From Chitinophaga pinensis (GTDB taxonomy: Bacteria > Bacteroidota > Bacteroidia > UKL13-3): a stretch of 64,000 bases of DNA. Location of the stretch: contig CALRXU020000004.1 in the NCBI GenBank assembly GCA_943372215.1, positions 62,115 to 126,114 on the forward strand, read 5' to 3'. A program made the position numbers and the translations under genes. This document shows positions 62,327 to 64,000 of this stretch, piece by piece. Under the pieces are notes generated by a model. The model saw only the letters and a list, made by a program, of their open reading frames with translations. It did not search any database and was not told where the DNA came from. Position 1 is the first letter of the stretch. Every line of letters begins with the position of its first letter.

Positions 62327-63373
62327 ATGAAATTATCGCAATTCAAATTCAACTTCACCGAAAATCTTATTGCTAAACACCCTGCTGATATTCGCCATGA
62401 AAGCAAAATGATGGTGCTTGACCGTAAAAAGGGCAAGATAGAACACAAAATTTTTAGCGATATATTGAAGTATTTTGATGATCGCGATGTGATGATTAAT
62501 AATAACACCAAGGTTTTTCCTGCGCGTCTTTACGGAAGTAAAGAAAAAACAGGCGCAAAAATTGAAGTGTTTTTGTTGCGTGAGTTAAACAAAGAAATGA
62601 AACTGTGGGACGTGTTGGTTGATCCCGCACGTAAAATACGCGTAGGTAATAAGCTTTATTTTGGCGATGACACCTTGGTAGCAGAAGTCGTGGACAATAC
62701 CACCTCACGCGGACGTACCATTCGCTTTTTATTCGATGGTACAGACGAAGAGTTGTGGAAACTGATTGAAAAATTAGGTGAAATGCCTATTCCGAAATAC
62801 ATGGGGCGCTCAGTTGAGAAGGCCGATAAAGAGCGTTTTCAAACCATATTTGCTAAACATATTGGTGCTGTTAGCCCTCCAAGTGCTGGTTTGCATTTTA
62901 CCAAAGAGTTAATGATGCGCATGGAAATTAAAGGCGTAAACTTTACAGAAGTAACGGTTCACAATGGTTTGGGTGCCTTTAGGGCGGTTGAGGTGGAAGA
63001 CCTTACCAAACACAAAATGGATAGTGAGTATTTTGATATTCCTTTAGAAACCAGCAAAATTGTAAACAAGGCCCTAGAAGAAAAAAGAAAGATTTGTGCA
63101 GTTGGCTCTTCAGTAATGCGTGCCATCGAGTCTTCCGTTTCTTCTACTAGTCGTTTAAATGTAAACAAGGGTTGGACGGATAAATTCTTGTTCCCTATGC
63201 ACGATTTTAAAATTGCCAACGCTATGGTTACCAACTTTCACCCGCCAGAATCAACCTTATTGATGATGAGTGCTGCTTTTGCTGGATATGATGAATTGAT
63301 GGAAGCCTATAACGAAGCTATTAAGAAAAAATACAAGTTTATGGCTTATGGTGATGCCTTGTTAATTATTTAA
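62327..63373 (+). CDS. queA: SAM:tRNA ribosyltransferase-isomerase family protein with divergent motifs
   Basis: [25 protein letters not shown] and YGDA motifs; several canonical residues replaced. Confidence 0.85.
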   Translation: MKLSQFKFNFTENLIAKHPADIRHESKMMVLDRKKGKIEHKIFSDILKYFDDRDVMINNNTKVFPARLYGSKEKTGAKIEVFLLRELNKEMKLWDVLVDPARKIRVGNKLYFGDDTLVAEVVDNTTSRGRTIRFLFDGTDEELWKLIEKLGEMPIPKYMGRSVEKADKERFQTIFAKHIGAVSPPSAGLHFTKELMMRMEIKGVNFTEVTVHNGLGAFRAVEVEDLTKHKMDSEYFDIPLETSKIVNKALEEKRKICAVGSSVMRAIESSVSSTSRLNVNKGWTDKFLFPMHDFKIANAMVTNFHPPESTLLMMSAAFAGYDELMEAYNEAIKKKYKFMAYGDALLII

Positions 63374-63380
63374 TAATATA

Positions 63381-63419
63381 CAAAAAAGCCCCTGTTACTT
63401 GGTAACAGGGGCTTTTTTG
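63381..63419. terminator. Bidirectional intrinsic terminator
   Basis: CAAAAAAGCCCCTGTTAC-TTG-GTAACAGGGGCTTTTTTG. Confidence 0.88.
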
Positions 63420-63485
63420 TGCCCCGTTGTTTAATATTATTTTAATTTAGTTGGTTTTTCGTTAATCTATTTTTAACTTTAGTGC

Positions 63486-64000
63486 ATGAAAAAATTAGGG
63501 TTAAGCATTTGTTTATTGTGGTGTTGTGTAGCTGCTTATGCGGGCAACAATGATAGTTTAAAGGTGAATATAAAAAAGAGTACCATTAGTATAGGCTCTA
63601 TGGTTATTCAGCCGCAAACGCCCATAAGCAAAGTCATTGCGGCTTTGGGTAAGCCAAGTCGCATCCTGTCTGTTGCCAAAATGGAACGGGTGTTTATTTA
63701 TGATAGCCTGGGCTTAACTTTTGAAATTGGTAAAAATGCTGAAAAAAAAGTTGAGCGCATTACCGTATCATTTAACCCCAAAGGCAATAACCGCATTGCA
63801 CAGATGCCATACAAAGGTGTGGTGGTGATGGATGGTTTGCGAGTAACACCTGCAACCACATCTGTTCAAGTGGCACAAAAAACGCCCATCAAGGATTTTA
63901 ATTGTTTCTCTACCATTTGCTCCTCAGTGGTATCAAAAGTAATGCTTAACCTAAATATGGATTTTACTGATGAGAAACAGGATAAACTCATGGACCTGAT
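63486..64000 (+). CDS. Exported hypothetical protein, partial (runs off the window)
   Basis: Open frame MKKLGLSICLLWCCVAAYAGNNDSL...ALGKPSRI...FIYDSLGLTF with a signal peptide; absent from the ORF track because it has no stop in the window. Confidence 0.75.
   Translation, partial: MKKLGLSICLLWCCVAAYAGNNDSLKVNIKKSTISIGSMVIQPQTPISKVIAALGKPSRILSVAKMERVFIYDSLGLTFEIGKNAEKKVERITVSFNPKGNNRIAQMPYKGVVVMDGLRVTPATTSVQVAQKTPIKDFNCFSTICSSVVSKVMLNLNMDFTDEKQDKLMDL

Overview
AT-rich chromosomal segment from a Bacteroidota bacterium, based on TAnnTTTG/TTTG promoters, a T9SS C-terminal domain protein, TonB-dependent receptors and a Bacteroidota-type SRP RNA. It is almost fully coding and mostly housekeeping: murB, rlmD, aroQ, aroB-aroA-aroC, xerD, gcvT, pdhC, rho, ahpC, the hydrolase-parA-parB-DUF5683-dapB-lepB cluster, topA, ABC-F, an ftsE-like gene and queA, plus peptidases and envelope glycosyltransferases. 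I found one ncRNA (ffs) and two ORFs missing from the supplied track. I saw no CRISPR array, IS/transposase, prophage, rRNA or tRNA, and no unmistakable new multi-gene system. The best leads are a QueA with substitutions clustered in its conserved motifs; a two-gene unit with an HPD-less membrane J-domain protein; DnaA-box-like and parS-half-site motifs upstream of the parAB cluster; an orphan 10-bp phased repeat array; a MarR operator pair controlling yceI and possibly a dioxygenase with a Tat-like leader; and a redox-dead thioredoxin-like exported protein coupled to a Rhizobium-type asparaginase. All calls come from reading motifs by eye, with no database searches.
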